Source: Stegostoma tigrinum
Taxonomy: Eukaryota
Direction: 5' to 3'
Assembly: GCF_030684315.1 (NCBI RefSeq)
Contig: NC_081362.1
Span: 97,323,187 to 97,387,186, forward strand
Length of the DNA stretch: 64,000 nucleotides
Shown here: one piece after another, positions 51,704 through 64,000 of the stretch
Layout: each line of letters begins with the position of its first letter
Numbering within the stretch: position 1 is the stretch's first letter
Notes under the pieces: generated by a model
What the model was told of the DNA's origin: nothing
Seen by the model: only the letters and a program-made list of their open reading frames with translations
Database searches by the model: none
Program-made: the position numbers and the translations under genes

Positions 51704-54700
51704 TGAAATAACTCCACAGACACCAATATCCTGTCACAAGTCACCCTTCATTTACACCTGGGAAATCCTTGACAATGATCCAGCTTCCTCAGAGTCACCT
51801 CAGAACTCCTGACATTCTGGTTTATATCTGTCAGCTGGTGGTCCCTGATTAGACCAGGTTGACAGCCCCAATCAGGGAACTCACATTCTGTGAGGCTCAC
51901 CTGGCTGACCTCATTACAATCACTACATCCCTCTGCCCGCTGAGTCCATGGACATAGGCCAGTTTTTTTTGTACCTCCTCCTGGATTGTTTTAGCACCGG
52001 GTCAGGTTCCTCTGACTCTGCCTTGGATACAGGCAGTATATAATGCACAGTAACTCACCTCTTGTAACCAAAGTGTCTCAGAAGAAATTCATTCTCCTCT
52101 TCTGGTGGCAAAGGCATTGAAGCAACAACATCAGCTGTGTCCATCTCAGATTCCGAAGGATCTTCAACAGTTGACAAAGACAGAAATTCCATGGTTTTCA
52201 TTATATTCAGAAAGGCTGTCAAGGAGCCAGGTACATTTTGCTCCCACACCATCTTCAAGTTTGCAACTTTCATACAGTCTACCTGCTTGTTGATCTACCC
52301 AAACATTGTACATCATTGGTCCTGACCTTGTGTCAACCATGCCTCTTACCCATACACGGCCATTTCTGTGATTCTTACACCAAACATTGTGCCTTGAAGT
52401 AAACTGTCTCTCTTACTTAGCAGAGTCTTGTGTCCAGTAATGCAGTTCCTGAAGTTTTTTCACTATACCCCCAGGTCTCGGAAGGCCAGTTTTAACCTGG
52501 TGCAGAGTCTTCCCCCCATTAGCAACTCTGCTGAAGCTATCCCTGTACTTGCATCAGGGGTGGTCCTATAATCAAATAGGACCTGGGACAGTTTGGTATC
52601 CAGTGAAGCTGTCAGCTGTTTCTTTAAGTTATCTTCAAAGTTTGGACTGCTGTTCTGCCAGACCATGGGACGATAGATGGTATGGAGCTGTCCTTCTCTA
52701 TCGAATCCCAATCTACTTTAGGAAATACTCAAATTTCCCGCTGGCAAACAATATCCAGTTATCTGTAACAAACACATCCGGGGGTCCTTGCATTACAAAA
52801 TATAGAACATAGAATATTACAGCACAGTACAGACCCTTCGGCCCTCGATGTTGTGCCGACCTGTCATACCTATCTGAAGCCCATCTAACCTGCACTATTC
52901 CATGTATGTCCATATGCTTGTCCAAATATGTTCACAGTTTTTCTATCATTGTTCCCATGCTTGTTTAATGAACTCCATGCATGTTCAGCCGCTTTGAGTT
53001 GGTCATCTACAGTGGCTAAGAACATTAAGCCCATGAAAGGACCTGCGTAGTCAACGTGTAACTGATTCCAGGGTTTACATGGTCATTCCTGTGAATGTGG
53101 GGGAGATGCTGGCAGTAATTTTAGTCTTTGTTGACACTCTGGGCACTGCCCCACCAATGCAACTATTTCGGCATCAATTCCTGGCCACCAGACAGAATCT
53201 CTCACTGGCATGTCCATTTTGGACATATCTACATGATCTCAGTGGGGTTCATCCAATACCTCATTGTGAACTTTGCTTAGCACAATCACTCTTGCTCTCC
53301 AATAATAATATGCCATCCTCTACTGTGATCTGGTCTCTCCAGATTGAAAAAGGTTTCAGTTTTGATTGCAACATCAGTTTTGCAAGGACTGGAGCTTTCT
53401 GTGACCAAGTTCTGATATTGTCAGCTGTGACTGGAAGCGTGTGCAGAAAATGTAAAACCATTTGGCCTGCTGTGTTTATCCAGCTTCACACTTTATTATC
53501 TTGCTACTTGGCCTCCTGGATGGTGTTCCAAACTGTATTAATATGCAGTTAATATTACAGCCCACTGCTGAATCTGAAGCTATCAGCGGCACTGCCTTGT
53601 CATCTTTGAGTAGAACTTGAAGGGGTTTATGGTCCCTTATTATTACAAATGTCCATCCGTAAAAGTACTGCTGGAACTTCCTGACTCCAAATGTGACCAC
53701 CAAGCCTTCTTTTTCTTTCTAGGCTGTATATTATCCAAAGTTCTGGGTGCAAACTTTATCGGGTGTTCCTCTCCATTGGGCCACCTATGAGTTAATACTA
53801 ACCCATTGCAGAAGGGGGAGGCATCGCATGGCATTACCAGATCTCACTTGGGATCATAGTGTACCAATACCTTCGAGGATGATAGCTCTTTCTTCACTTC
53901 TATGAAAGATATGGCTTGGCTACACAGCCATTTCCAAGGCTGACCCCCTTTTAAAAGTTGATGCAAAGGTGCCAGAATGAAGGCCAGGTTATGTATGAAC
54001 TTTCTGTAATAACTCACCAGTTCAAGGAAAGACCAATGCTCTGGAACAGATGTGGCAGTCAAGGCACCTTGGGTCACCCTGACTTTAACTTCCAATGGTT
54101 GTAACCCAGACTTATCAACTCTGTGGCCCAAGTAGGTCGCTTCAGATGCCTGGAACATACATTTTTCCCTTCTAAGACATATGCCCACCTGGGAGAAACA
54201 TCTAATGACTATGTTTAAGTTCTCTAAGTGTTCTTTATTGATCTTCCTTGTTATTAGCATATCTTCCATAGAAATGGCGACCTGGGGTAGACATAAAATG
54301 TTGTCCATCATCCAATGAAAAATGGCACAGACTGACAATACTCCAAAAGACAGTCTTGTATACTGGTACAAACCCTAATGAGTGACATTTGTTGCATATT
54401 TCTTGGAACCTTTACCTGATTGCAATTCAAAGTACACATGGCTCATGTTTGGGAAGGACAGAGCCTGCTTCCACCACCCTTGTCAGCTTTGTGTATAAAT
54501 CCTCTATGCCAGGGATTGGGTATTTATCTCCTGTGAAAAGTGATTTAGCGTTTGTTTAAAATCTCCACAAAGATATACCAACCCATTGGGCTTCACTATC
54601 AGCATGACCGGTGTTGCCCGTTCCGCAAACTGGACTGGTTTGATTATTTCTTCACTTTCTGGCCTCCTGATTTCTGCCTCTACTTTTGGCACTGGCTGGG

Positions 54701-56249
54701 CCTTGCAGAATCCTGGATTTGCTTCCTGGTCAATATGTAAAGGGACCTTGGCTCATTTGATAGTCCCTCAACCTTCCTGAAAAACTGCCGTGTATTTAAT
54801 TAAGACTTCATTCAGGCATCCATTTTCTAATCAAAAATATTGAGCTAATCCAGGTGAATCAATCATTCTCAACCAATTCCACCCCATCTAGTTTAGGCCT
54901 GAGCCTTATAATACAATCAGTGGTGACTGAACCAGCTGCTTCTCCTAAGAGACTGGAACTGAAATTGTACCCTTAACCAGTACAGGCTGCCTGGTACAGG
55001 TTCTCAGTCCGGACAAGGTCTTATGCAAATTTAAGGGTTAGAATCCAGAATATATTTTGTTTAAGACTGGTTCGGGAATCACTGAAACAGCCACGACTGT
55101 ATCAACCTCCATGAGAACTGGGTGGCCATTTAATCAGATGTTTATTTAGATTAGTCCTGATTTGGATGTTGCTAAGTAATTTATCTGTTCCAACCCAGAT
55201 GTAGGTGGACTTCCCACAGTGTGCACTCTTCCAGATACCAGCCTGTGTTCTCTTACTCAATTTAAGTCTAGTGGAACTCTTTTGCTGTCTCAAACCCACA
55301 TAACTGCAGCAACTACAATGAATTGCCGGCTTGGATTCTAAAGAAAATTTTTACTGTTTGGTCAAGGTTGGGCTTTGTTTTACGGTTTTGCTGCCGGCTG
55401 ACCTAGAGTCCCTCTGTTCAGGGTATGGCCTGAGTGAGGCTATGGAACTGCCTTCACTCAAATGGTGTTCCTCAACCTCAGTCAGGCTGGCGAGAGTGTC
55501 CACTTCCATCGGAATACCCTGAAACTCATCTGCTCCACTGCTGCATTTTCTAATGATAAAGCCAGTTGTAGTGCCTGTTGAAGGTCCAGTTGGGCTTCAA
55601 GTAGTGACGCTTTTGCATGGTTTCAGCATCACATACCAAACAGTCTGTCAGCATCTCCTTAAAATGTTAAACCAAAGGCAAATGCCCCTGCCTGTCGTTT
55701 AAACCTTGTCAAATATCCTGACACAGATTCCTCTGGTTCTCAAACTGACAAGTAAACCTGATAGCATCTCAGAATTAGAGGATGCTCAGGGTCGTAATAT
55801 TTTCTTAGTTAAATCCATCAACTCTTGAAAGGTTTTAGTATCTGGTGCCTCAGGGAAAGTTAGGCTTCAAATTAGTTAGGCTTAAAAAAGCTGTGGCTCC
55901 ACAAGCTGTTGGGAGAATTACTTGTTGCTTGTCGCCTGCCCAAATTTCTTCAGGAGTGTCCTTTTGTCTCGTTGCCACTGAAGCAAACCACCACCCTCTC
56001 TCCCCACCCCCAGCCACCCCCCAACCCGGCCAGAGGTTGATATTCTATCACCAAGTTACCCTTTATTTACACGAGGAGTCTTGAGACTGACCCAGCTTCC
56101 TCAGAATCAGCCTTCAAAGTCAACAGAACCTCTGTCACTCCTGGTTATATCTGACAGCCTCAGCTCCCTGATTGGACCAGGCTAATAGCCCCAGTTAGGG
56201 AACTCATATTCTACGAGGTCCACTAGCCGACCTTGTTACATTCACTACA
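51704..56249 (-). mobile_element. Decayed Gypsy/Ty3 LTR retrotransposon with both LTRs
   Basis: Direct repeats at ~51704-51927 and ~55979-56249 (TGTAGTG...CA on -). PBS-like TGGCAACGAG at 55968-55977 and PPT at 51928-51940. RT (YQYTRLSFG, YLGH), RNase H (CDASP, DHKPL) and integrase (YRTTP...AELLMG) occur in Gypsy order. Confidence 0.88.
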
Positions 56250-56669
56250 AGAGCGACAGAGGGAGGAGAGGTGACAGGGAGACAAATATGGAGGAAAAAA
56301 GACTGAGGAATGGGGCAAGTGGGAGAGAACACTGAGAATGGGGGAAGTTATCCCAAAATGGATGAACATAATCAAACCATCTACTACTGTTGTTTTTTGT
56401 GAGTTTATTTAGACTTTTTTTAAATGTTAAGGGAGGAAGACCCTGTCCTGCCCAAAGCTCATCCTGAGCATGACCCCCAGCACTGTTTACAACCTGGTCC
56501 ACCCTCAGTCATGAAATAGGGAAATGTAAGGCTCTCAGAACATGTGTTAGTCCCTCTTCTGGCTTCACCTGGAGTTGGATGATGAGGCTTATACATCTGG
56601 GCCACACACAATTTCTCCTTCGTCTCCATCCTGGCTAGTATATATTGACGCATGAGCATGAGGGTGTCA

Positions 56670-57480
56670 TTGTGAGTACTTGTGTGTTAGTGTGAATTTG
56701 TGTGTGTAAATAGGTGTGAGTGAGCAGTTTAGTGAGAGGCCGTGAGTGTGAGAATGTGTATATATGTGTGTGAATAAGTGGATGTGAGTAACTGTGTTAG
56801 TGTAAGTGAGAGTGAGTGTGTATATGTGACTGGGGAATAAGCAGGTTCAAGTGTATGTGTTAGCATTATTGTCAGCGTAAGTGTGAATGCATGAGTGAGT
56901 GAGAATGTGAACGAGAGAGTGAGTGTAATACGTAACTATGTGTAACGTAGGTATGTAGGTAGTATGTGTGTGGGTGAGGGTGGCAGACAGATGTTCGTCT
57001 GTGTAGTTGGGCATGTCGGTGTATGTGTCTGTTTGTGTGGAGAAGGTGGTGTGTATGTGGGGGTGGTGTGTGTGGGGTGGTGTGTGTGGGTGTTATTTGG
57101 GTATGTGTATATTGAGGGTGCAGGTGTGTGTGTGGGAGTGGTGTATGTAGGTGGGGTACAGGTGTCTGTGTGGTTGGTGGGTGTGGGGATATGAGAGTGT
57201 ATATGTGTGGGGGAGTATGTGGGGGTGGTGGGTGGTATGTGTGTGTGCATGAGTGTTGGGGATATAGGTGTGTGTGTGTGGTGGGTGGGAGTGTGTGTAC
57301 GGTATGGCGTGTGTGTCGAAATGGTGTGTGTATGGATGATATCTGTGGGGTTGGTCTGTGTGTGGGGGATTATGTGTGTGTGTGTTTGCAGGGGTGGTTA
57401 TAGAGGTATGGGGTATGGGTAAGAGAGGTGTGTGCGGTAGGTGGGCATGAGTGTGTACGGTGGTGTGTGCATCTGGGTAG
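56670..57480. repeat. GT-rich low-complexity tract
   Basis: Degenerate (GT)n/(GTG)n ending just upstream of the exon 5 acceptor. Confidence 0.9.
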
Positions 57481-57555
57481 GTATCATGTAACTTTGTACC
57501 GACGGTTTGTGTTCACCATGATTAATCTCACTCTCTCTGCTGTCCCACGCTTTAG

Positions 57556-57616
57556 GGGTACAGACGAAAGTGCAGCACCGGTCCAAGTTAAGAGAACGAC
57601 TCCGTGTCTAACCTAA
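57556..57616 (+). CDS. Exon 5: candidate cytoplasmic tail and last coding exon
   Basis: Pyrimidine-rich acceptor ctctctctgctgtcccacgctttag. Phase-2 compatible, reading (R)GTDESAAPVQVKRTTPCLT*, and followed by non-repetitive UTR-like sequence. Confidence 0.6.
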
Positions 57617-60600
57617 GAACTGCCATCACATCCTGTGAGCCAGCCTGAATGATACAATGTATTTTCAGGATAGCGTGATGAACTTGTCCTTGTGGTTTGA
57701 TGATGTAATTCCTGCAGATTGTTGGGTTGGTGTTGCTGTTCTCCTGAATAAGAAGCTCAGTGACGTAATCAGCATTCACTATAAACCGTCTGTTCACTCT
57801 GAGGTCAAGTCCTTTTCAGATCTGCTGACGAACCTGTTTCCCTGAAAACCTGCACTTGATTCCTCTGCAGCTGCCTCTCCTCCCTGAGAGCTCAGGTTTC
57901 CCTCTGACTGCACTAACTGTCCCTCTTTTCCCTTCCAAACCTTGTTGCAGCCTTTGATCTAGTAACTAAATCACCCTCCAGAGCCCCTTTCCGCTGGACT
58001 AGACTGTCCTTAGTTGGTTCCAGCCTTGACAAGAACGTTTGCAAACACTAATCTGATGAGATCACAAAATGTCCACAAACCCTCAAACCAGTGAAGCTCC
58101 TGCTATAATTTACATTCCTCTCTCTGTACTGTTTCTTCTGGAGCTTCTGCTCCTCCTAGTTATCCCAAGTTCACATTCACGTCTCTCCAATGTTATGATC
58201 TTTAAATCAGCTGCATTCCTACCATTGGGAATGAATAGAAACCTCATCAAATTAAATAACAGAATCCCTGAAGTCCCAGTTCATGATCTCAGCCACAAAC
58301 TCAAGTCATCAATTCATACAAAATGGTGCAAATAGGAGCTGGAGTAGGCCATTCAGCCCATCAATTTCATCCTGTTTTACTCTGGCCATGGGCTCAGACT
58401 GAGCCCAATGTTTTACAATATTCCACTCTATAATTGGCAGTAAACTGATCCTTTGCACACATCTGTCTATTAATATGGCTCTCCACATTCACCTCAGTTC
58501 ATTGTCTCTTTCCCTACTTCATGTCTGTCCGCTGCTAAAACCCTCATTTGGCTTTTCCAGCTCTGTCCTGAACAGTGTCCACTTAGTAATTAGCATAAAC
58601 TTGACCTGAGCTTTATCTCTGTGTATCCAAACTTAACCCTGAACTTGTTCACTCATTAGCACTCACTAAACAGCAATGGACCCGGTCCAAAAGCTCCTGA
58701 ATCTGAAAATCATCATCATCATTTACATGGCCTCACCTCACCCCATCTGTCATCTCCTTCAGTCCACAAACCTTCTGAAATCTGCACACTGATCCAGTTC
58801 TGGCCTTTCTGTAACTGGTTTTAATTGCTCCATCACTGGCAGCCTTGCCTTCAAACACCTAGACACTAAGTGATGGAGTTCCATCCTTACATCATAAGAT
58901 ATACGGCAGAATTGAGTCACTCAGCCCATCGTATTTTCTCCACATGTCCCACTTTCCCTCCCACTCTCTCCTTCTTCCCCCCTCTCTTCTTCTCTAAGAT
59001 AGGATTTTAAGACTATCTCTTCAACCAAACTTCTCCACAGCTAACCTAAAGGCTCATTTTACATCTCAGAGTTAAGCTTTGTCAACTGTTCTCTTGTGAA
59101 ACACCTGGGATGTTTCATTTTTTTTCTCATATTAAAGGCCCCATACAAATGTTTTAAATATTACTACATTGACAGTCTCCAGATGTAAAGAACACATTCT
59201 CATTGTCCAATTAATCATAGAACTGTATTGTAAGCTTAATGATGTAATGGGTACATGGTGTTGTTTTACTGATGTCACTAACTTAATTAGGGCCAAAGAG
59301 AGTGGTTTGCAGGTACAGGGCACGGCTGGAATATTTAACAACCACTCAAATAAAAGCAAAATACTGTCGATGCTGGAAACTTGAAACAGAAAGTGCCACA
59401 GAAACCCAGCAGGTCTGGTAGCATCTGTGGAGAGAGAAAGAGTTAATGTTTTGAGTCCAATATGACTCTTTTTCAGAAGATACGTTAACTCTGTTTCTCT
59501 CTCCACAGATGCTGTCAGGCCTGTTGAGTTTCTCCAGTATTCTCTTTGTTTGTTTTATATGAAATGAGTATTTTGTATCGGTGTTACTATATGGAGATGG
59601 GTATCAAGAATAGAATAGGGTGAACACTGACATGGTTGAGGTCAAAGAAATAGAGGATTGTTACAAAGCAGATAGATGGGGATGTGATGGGCGAGTGGTA
59701 TTATTCCAGAGACCCAGGCAATGTTCTGGGAATGATTCCAGTTTGAATCCCACCACAGCAGATGGTGGAATAAAAATAAAATCTGGAATTAAGAGCCTAC
59801 TTGATGATTGTTAGTAAAACCGATCTGGTTCACCAATATCATAAGGGAACTGCAATCTTTACTTGCATGAGACTCCAGACCCACAGCAATGTGGTTGACT
59901 CTCAACTTTTGGGAACAGGTATTAAACACTGGCCCAGCCAGTGACACACACATCCTGTGAACAAATAAACAAGAAGGAACTTACTTGGCCCATCATTTCC
60001 GTGTTGGTTTTCTGACAGGCCTGAGGTGAAATTCTCATTCTCCTGACTTCTTCCTGGCCTCTGAGAGGTGGCAGAAAAGGTGGAACTCAATTGTAAGTCA
60101 CCCTGTTGTAGGTGACAGAGGGAGTTCTAGGCTAAGGTGAGGTAGGAAGCGTCTGTTTGGGGTGAGTGGACCAACAATCTGCACCATAGTCCTGAACATG
60201 CCTGGCACTTTGTGTTGTCATCCTGCCCAGGTTGTCAGGTCCATGTGCAACATGACCCACTCTCTCTGGTCAATGATAGGAAGCATTTCCCCACTCCTTC
60301 AGTGGGGTGGGGTGGAGTTAAGCTTGAGCAATGTTAGTGTTCGAGCTAATGGAGCTGTCAGCAAGCGATTCCTGCAGAACGAGTAACTGTGGGAACATAA
60401 GGAAGCAGAGCACCCTGTTCCAGCATATCAAGATCCCACCAACAGCAACAGGGTTCATGGGTGTTTGGGCAGGAGATGCACCGAGATCATATTCTCATGA
60501 GGGGTTGGTTTAAGGGGGTGTGGAATCTGAAAATATCTTGATCAGAAAAGACCCCAAGAATAAAGACATTATGGAACCCTTAAAGGCCCCAAACCAGCAA

Positions 60601-62349
60601 CAAAACTGGCCTAACATTTTAAAAAAGAACCTGAAGGAATTTCGCCAGAACACAGCGTGTAAAATATTGATACAGGACCCAAGAGAGAGGCATCAGGACA
60701 TATGGCCGATGAAATTTAAAGAGGAGTGTATCAATAAGGGTGCAGGGAGTTGGAGATTTTGATGAAAAGCCAGGGCCAAGGGCTCAGTTTGCTGAAGGTA
60801 CAGCCCCCAGGGGCGGACAAGACGCTGGATTAGGGAAACAAGTTAGGGAACAAACTCTGTGGTTTCTCTGGCAGCAAGAGTCACCTTCAACAGTTTGTAG
60901 ACTGGCTGTTTGCATAGGCCAGTGGCTTCAGACAGTGATGACGATTCCAGTCTGAGTAGATTGAGGTCTGCCCCCTCCCCACTCCACTGATTGTAGATAT
61001 TTATCACACCTTCATCCTGATACCCCAACAACTTGAAGCCTGCCTGACAGTGAATAAGAGAATGTAAAACAAAGAACTGCAGAAGCTTTAAATCTGAAAT
61101 GGGAACAGAAAGTGCTAGAGAAACTCAGCAGGTTTGGTAGTATCTGTGGAGAGAGAAACAAAGTTAATGTTTTGAGTCCAGTGACCCTTCTCCAAAATTG
61201 ATAGCAGACAAGAAACAATGGTATTTATGCTGATGATAGGGGGTGAGCGGGGGCAAGAGAATAAAGAACATATCTATTTCCACTCATTATCATCTGTCTG
61301 CTCAGTTTACACACAGGCAAAAGGGTCAGGCTCTATCGCCATGGTCTCATTATCCCAGCAGACCTCACATACAGGGTGCTTCAGATCTGTGTCATCTTTC
61401 AGATCAGATCAGACCAATGAGTTACCAGCTGTCTCTGTTGGGCTAAGTGAATGGATCAAGATTTTGGGAATCAATTAACTGTGAGCTGAATTATCATCCA
61501 GTGCAATTTATTGCTCGTTATGAATTTTATGTCTGCAAGCATTTTCTGTCCGTTCAACTGATTTGCAGTTGTCACACTTTGCCCACCCCAGGGAAAATTC
61601 ACAATCCCTCATTTGTTCTGTGTTTTAACAAAATCACATTATCACTATGCAGTCTGATCACACACGCCTTTCAAAATCAGTATCTGAAGTTTCTAATCAC
61701 CGAGATAAGGACAGTACAAAAATTAAACATTGATGAATAAAAATTGCTCAATGATATGTTACCTACTGAAACCTAGCCAAAGGGTTTGGTGGATGGGAAT
61801 TTTCCTCAAGAAATGTGGCAGGCAGGATAAATAATGGGGTGGTTTGGCACTGATAAGTTGCCCACCTCCTCCAGCTACCTCTGTCATTATGTTCTGAGTC
61901 AGGCTCATGGCTGGTCTTTCTTTTTATAATGAACCTGTCTTGTTCTAATCAATTTGTCCAGAGATGTTATTACACATCTCTGGAACAGACGGGACTTGAA
62001 CCTAAGCCTTGGGTTGAGACACTATGCCTGCATCACGATAGGACTTGGCCAATCTTCTTGACCCACACCAATTATGGACCACAACCCGCCAATTAACATC
62101 ATTTGAGGGCCTCAACCATCCACGCCTTGTTTACCTGCCATCCTAGTGAGTAAGAAATGTCCCTGACCTCCCAACAGACCAACTTAGGCAACCTACCTGC
62201 TGAGTTTGGAGGTGTGGGCAGGTTGGCTCTATTTACCCCAATTTGGGGGCAATTGTGAGCATGGATGGCAGAGAGCAGGGTGGCTGCTGAAAGGGGGGGG
62301 TGGGGAAGGGAGATCTGGTCATTCCTGAAGCCAGCCACCAAAACACTTA

Positions 62350-63007
62350 TGGAACATAGAGCATTGAACATTACAGTGCAGAATAGGCCCTTCGGCCCTC
62401 GATGTTGTGTCGTCCTGTGAACTAATCTAAACACATCCTCCTACATTATCCCATCATCATCCATATGCTTATCCAAAGACTGTTTAAATGTCCCTAATGT
62501 GGCTGAGTTCACTACAGTGGCAGGCAGGGCGCTCCATGCCCTTACCACTCTCTGAGTAAAGAACCTGCCTCTGACATCTGTCTTAAGTCTATCACCCCTC
62601 AATTTGTAGCTATGCCCCCTTGTACAAGCTGATGTCATCATCCTCGGAAAAAGACTCTCACTGTCCACCCTATCTAATCCTCTGATCATCTTGTATGTCT
62701 CCATAAAATCCCCTCTTAGCCTCCTTCTCTCCAATGAGAACAAACCCAAGTCCCTCAGCCTTTCTTCATAGGGCCTTCACTCCAGACCAGGCAACATCCT
62801 GGTAAATCTCCTCTGCACCTTTTCCAATGCTTCCACATCCTTCCTGTAATGGGGCGACCAGAACTGCACACAATATTCCAAGTGACGCCTCACTAACGTT
62901 TTATATAGTTGCAGCATGACATCACAGCTCCGTAACTCAATCCCTCTACCGATAAAACCTAACACACCGTAAGCCTTCTTAACAGCACTATCAACCTGGG
63001 TGGCAAA
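62350..63007 (-). mobile_element. CR1 LINE 3' fragment
   Basis: LVRRHLEYCVQFWSP and TRGHSYKLRG...FFTQRVVRAW, followed by the tail. Confidence 0.9.
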
Positions 63008-64000
63008 TGCAGGGAATACTATCCTCATGGATACATAGTAAATAGGAGCAGGAGTAGGCCAACCAGCCCTTTGAGCCTGCTCTGCCATTCAGTATGATAA
63101 TGGATGATCATCCAACTCAATCGCCTGTTCCTGCTTTACCGTATATCCCCTGGTTCCTTTAGTCCCAAGTGTTAGGTCTAACACCTTCTTGAAATCATCC
63201 ATGTTTTGGCACCAACTACTTTCTGTGGCCGTGAATTCCACAAACTCCCCACTCTCTGGGTGAAGACATCTCTCCTCATCTCAGTAAATCTAATTCTGAG
63301 CAATGATTCCCACCAGGAGTACAAGGTATATTTAATTTACTACAACTCATCAATACTATTTAATCAGCTGTAATTGTGGGAAATTTTTCTCCAGATTTAC
63401 ATATTTTCAGCTTCACATTTTTTTCCAAGTCATTTTGGAAAGTGGACAGATTTCTCGACATAAAATCATGAAGTTTCCTTAGAATCCCGACAATGTGGAA
63501 ACAGGCCGTTCAGCCCAATAAGTCCACATCAACCCTCCAAACAGCATCCCAACCAGACCCACCCCCTTATTCTATATCCCTGCATCTCCCAATGCCAATG
63601 CACCTAACCTATACATCTCTGAACACTATGGGCAATTTGGCATGGCCAATCCACCTAGCCTGCACATCTCTGGATTATGAATTTGAATTGAACTTCTGTT
63701 TTGTTAAGGAGTCTCAGCTCTTATGAGAGAGAAAGAGGAAAAGAATGAAAGGGTCTTGATAACTCCTCTGATTTTGATTAGCTCAGTATTTCTTTTAAAA
63801 CTTTACAAACGGAATGAGGCTGCTGAAAAGGGAAGTTACAACTTGGAATCAGCAAGAGCAGCACAGTAGGAGCTGGAATGAAGAAGGTGAGGAGAGGGCA
63901 GACAGTGAGTTCGAGAGAGAGAGAGGGTGAAAGGTAAAGAAACAGGAATGAACCCTATGAATAAACAGTAAATGTTTAGAAAGTGAGAGGGATTAGAGAG

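Larger units (their letters stand above)
18910..57616 (+). other. Predicted 5-exon gene: type I membrane Ig-superfamily receptor (leader, VJ-type V1, VJ-type V2 plus ~1400-aa repeat stalk, TM, short tail), 1721 aa
   Basis: Exons of 52+348+4569+136+61 = 5166 nt form one open frame. All introns are GT-AG, with phases 1,1,1,2 matching at every junction. There is no transcript evidence, so additional small exons cannot be excluded. Confidence 0.8.

Noticed and set aside
56936-57422. ORFs rich in Val/Cys/Gly or Thr/His/Pro
   Set aside because: Translations of a GT-rich low-complexity tract.

Overview
Eukaryotic, repeat-dense DNA, most likely from a cartilaginous fish (shark). That assignment is inferred from HE1/V-SINE-like and DeuSINE-like SINEs, CR1 LINEs and Penelope families; it is not proven. 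One host gene can be assembled on the + strand with phase-compatible GT-AG junctions: join(18910..18961, 35950..36297, 40137..44705, 50882..51017, 57556..57616), 5166 nt, 1721 aa. It encodes a type I membrane Ig-superfamily protein with a leader, two non-rearranging V domains that each carry a J-like G strand in the same exon, a ~1400-aa stalk rich in N-glycosylation sequons, one TM helix and a short tyrosine-free tail. The stalk is about 100 copies of a 42-bp/14-aa unit. This unit aligns with the J-like segment of the V domains, including the position of the splice donor, which suggests the stalk is a tandemly amplified J-like segment. The rest of the window is transposon-derived: CR1, L2-like, Rex1-like and Tx1-like LINEs, decayed Gypsy LTR elements, SINEs, minisatellites, and many Penelope-like insertions. 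The Penelope terminal repeats carry minimal hammerhead ribozyme motifs and often form fold-back palindromes. Repeat boundaries were read by eye and are approximate.
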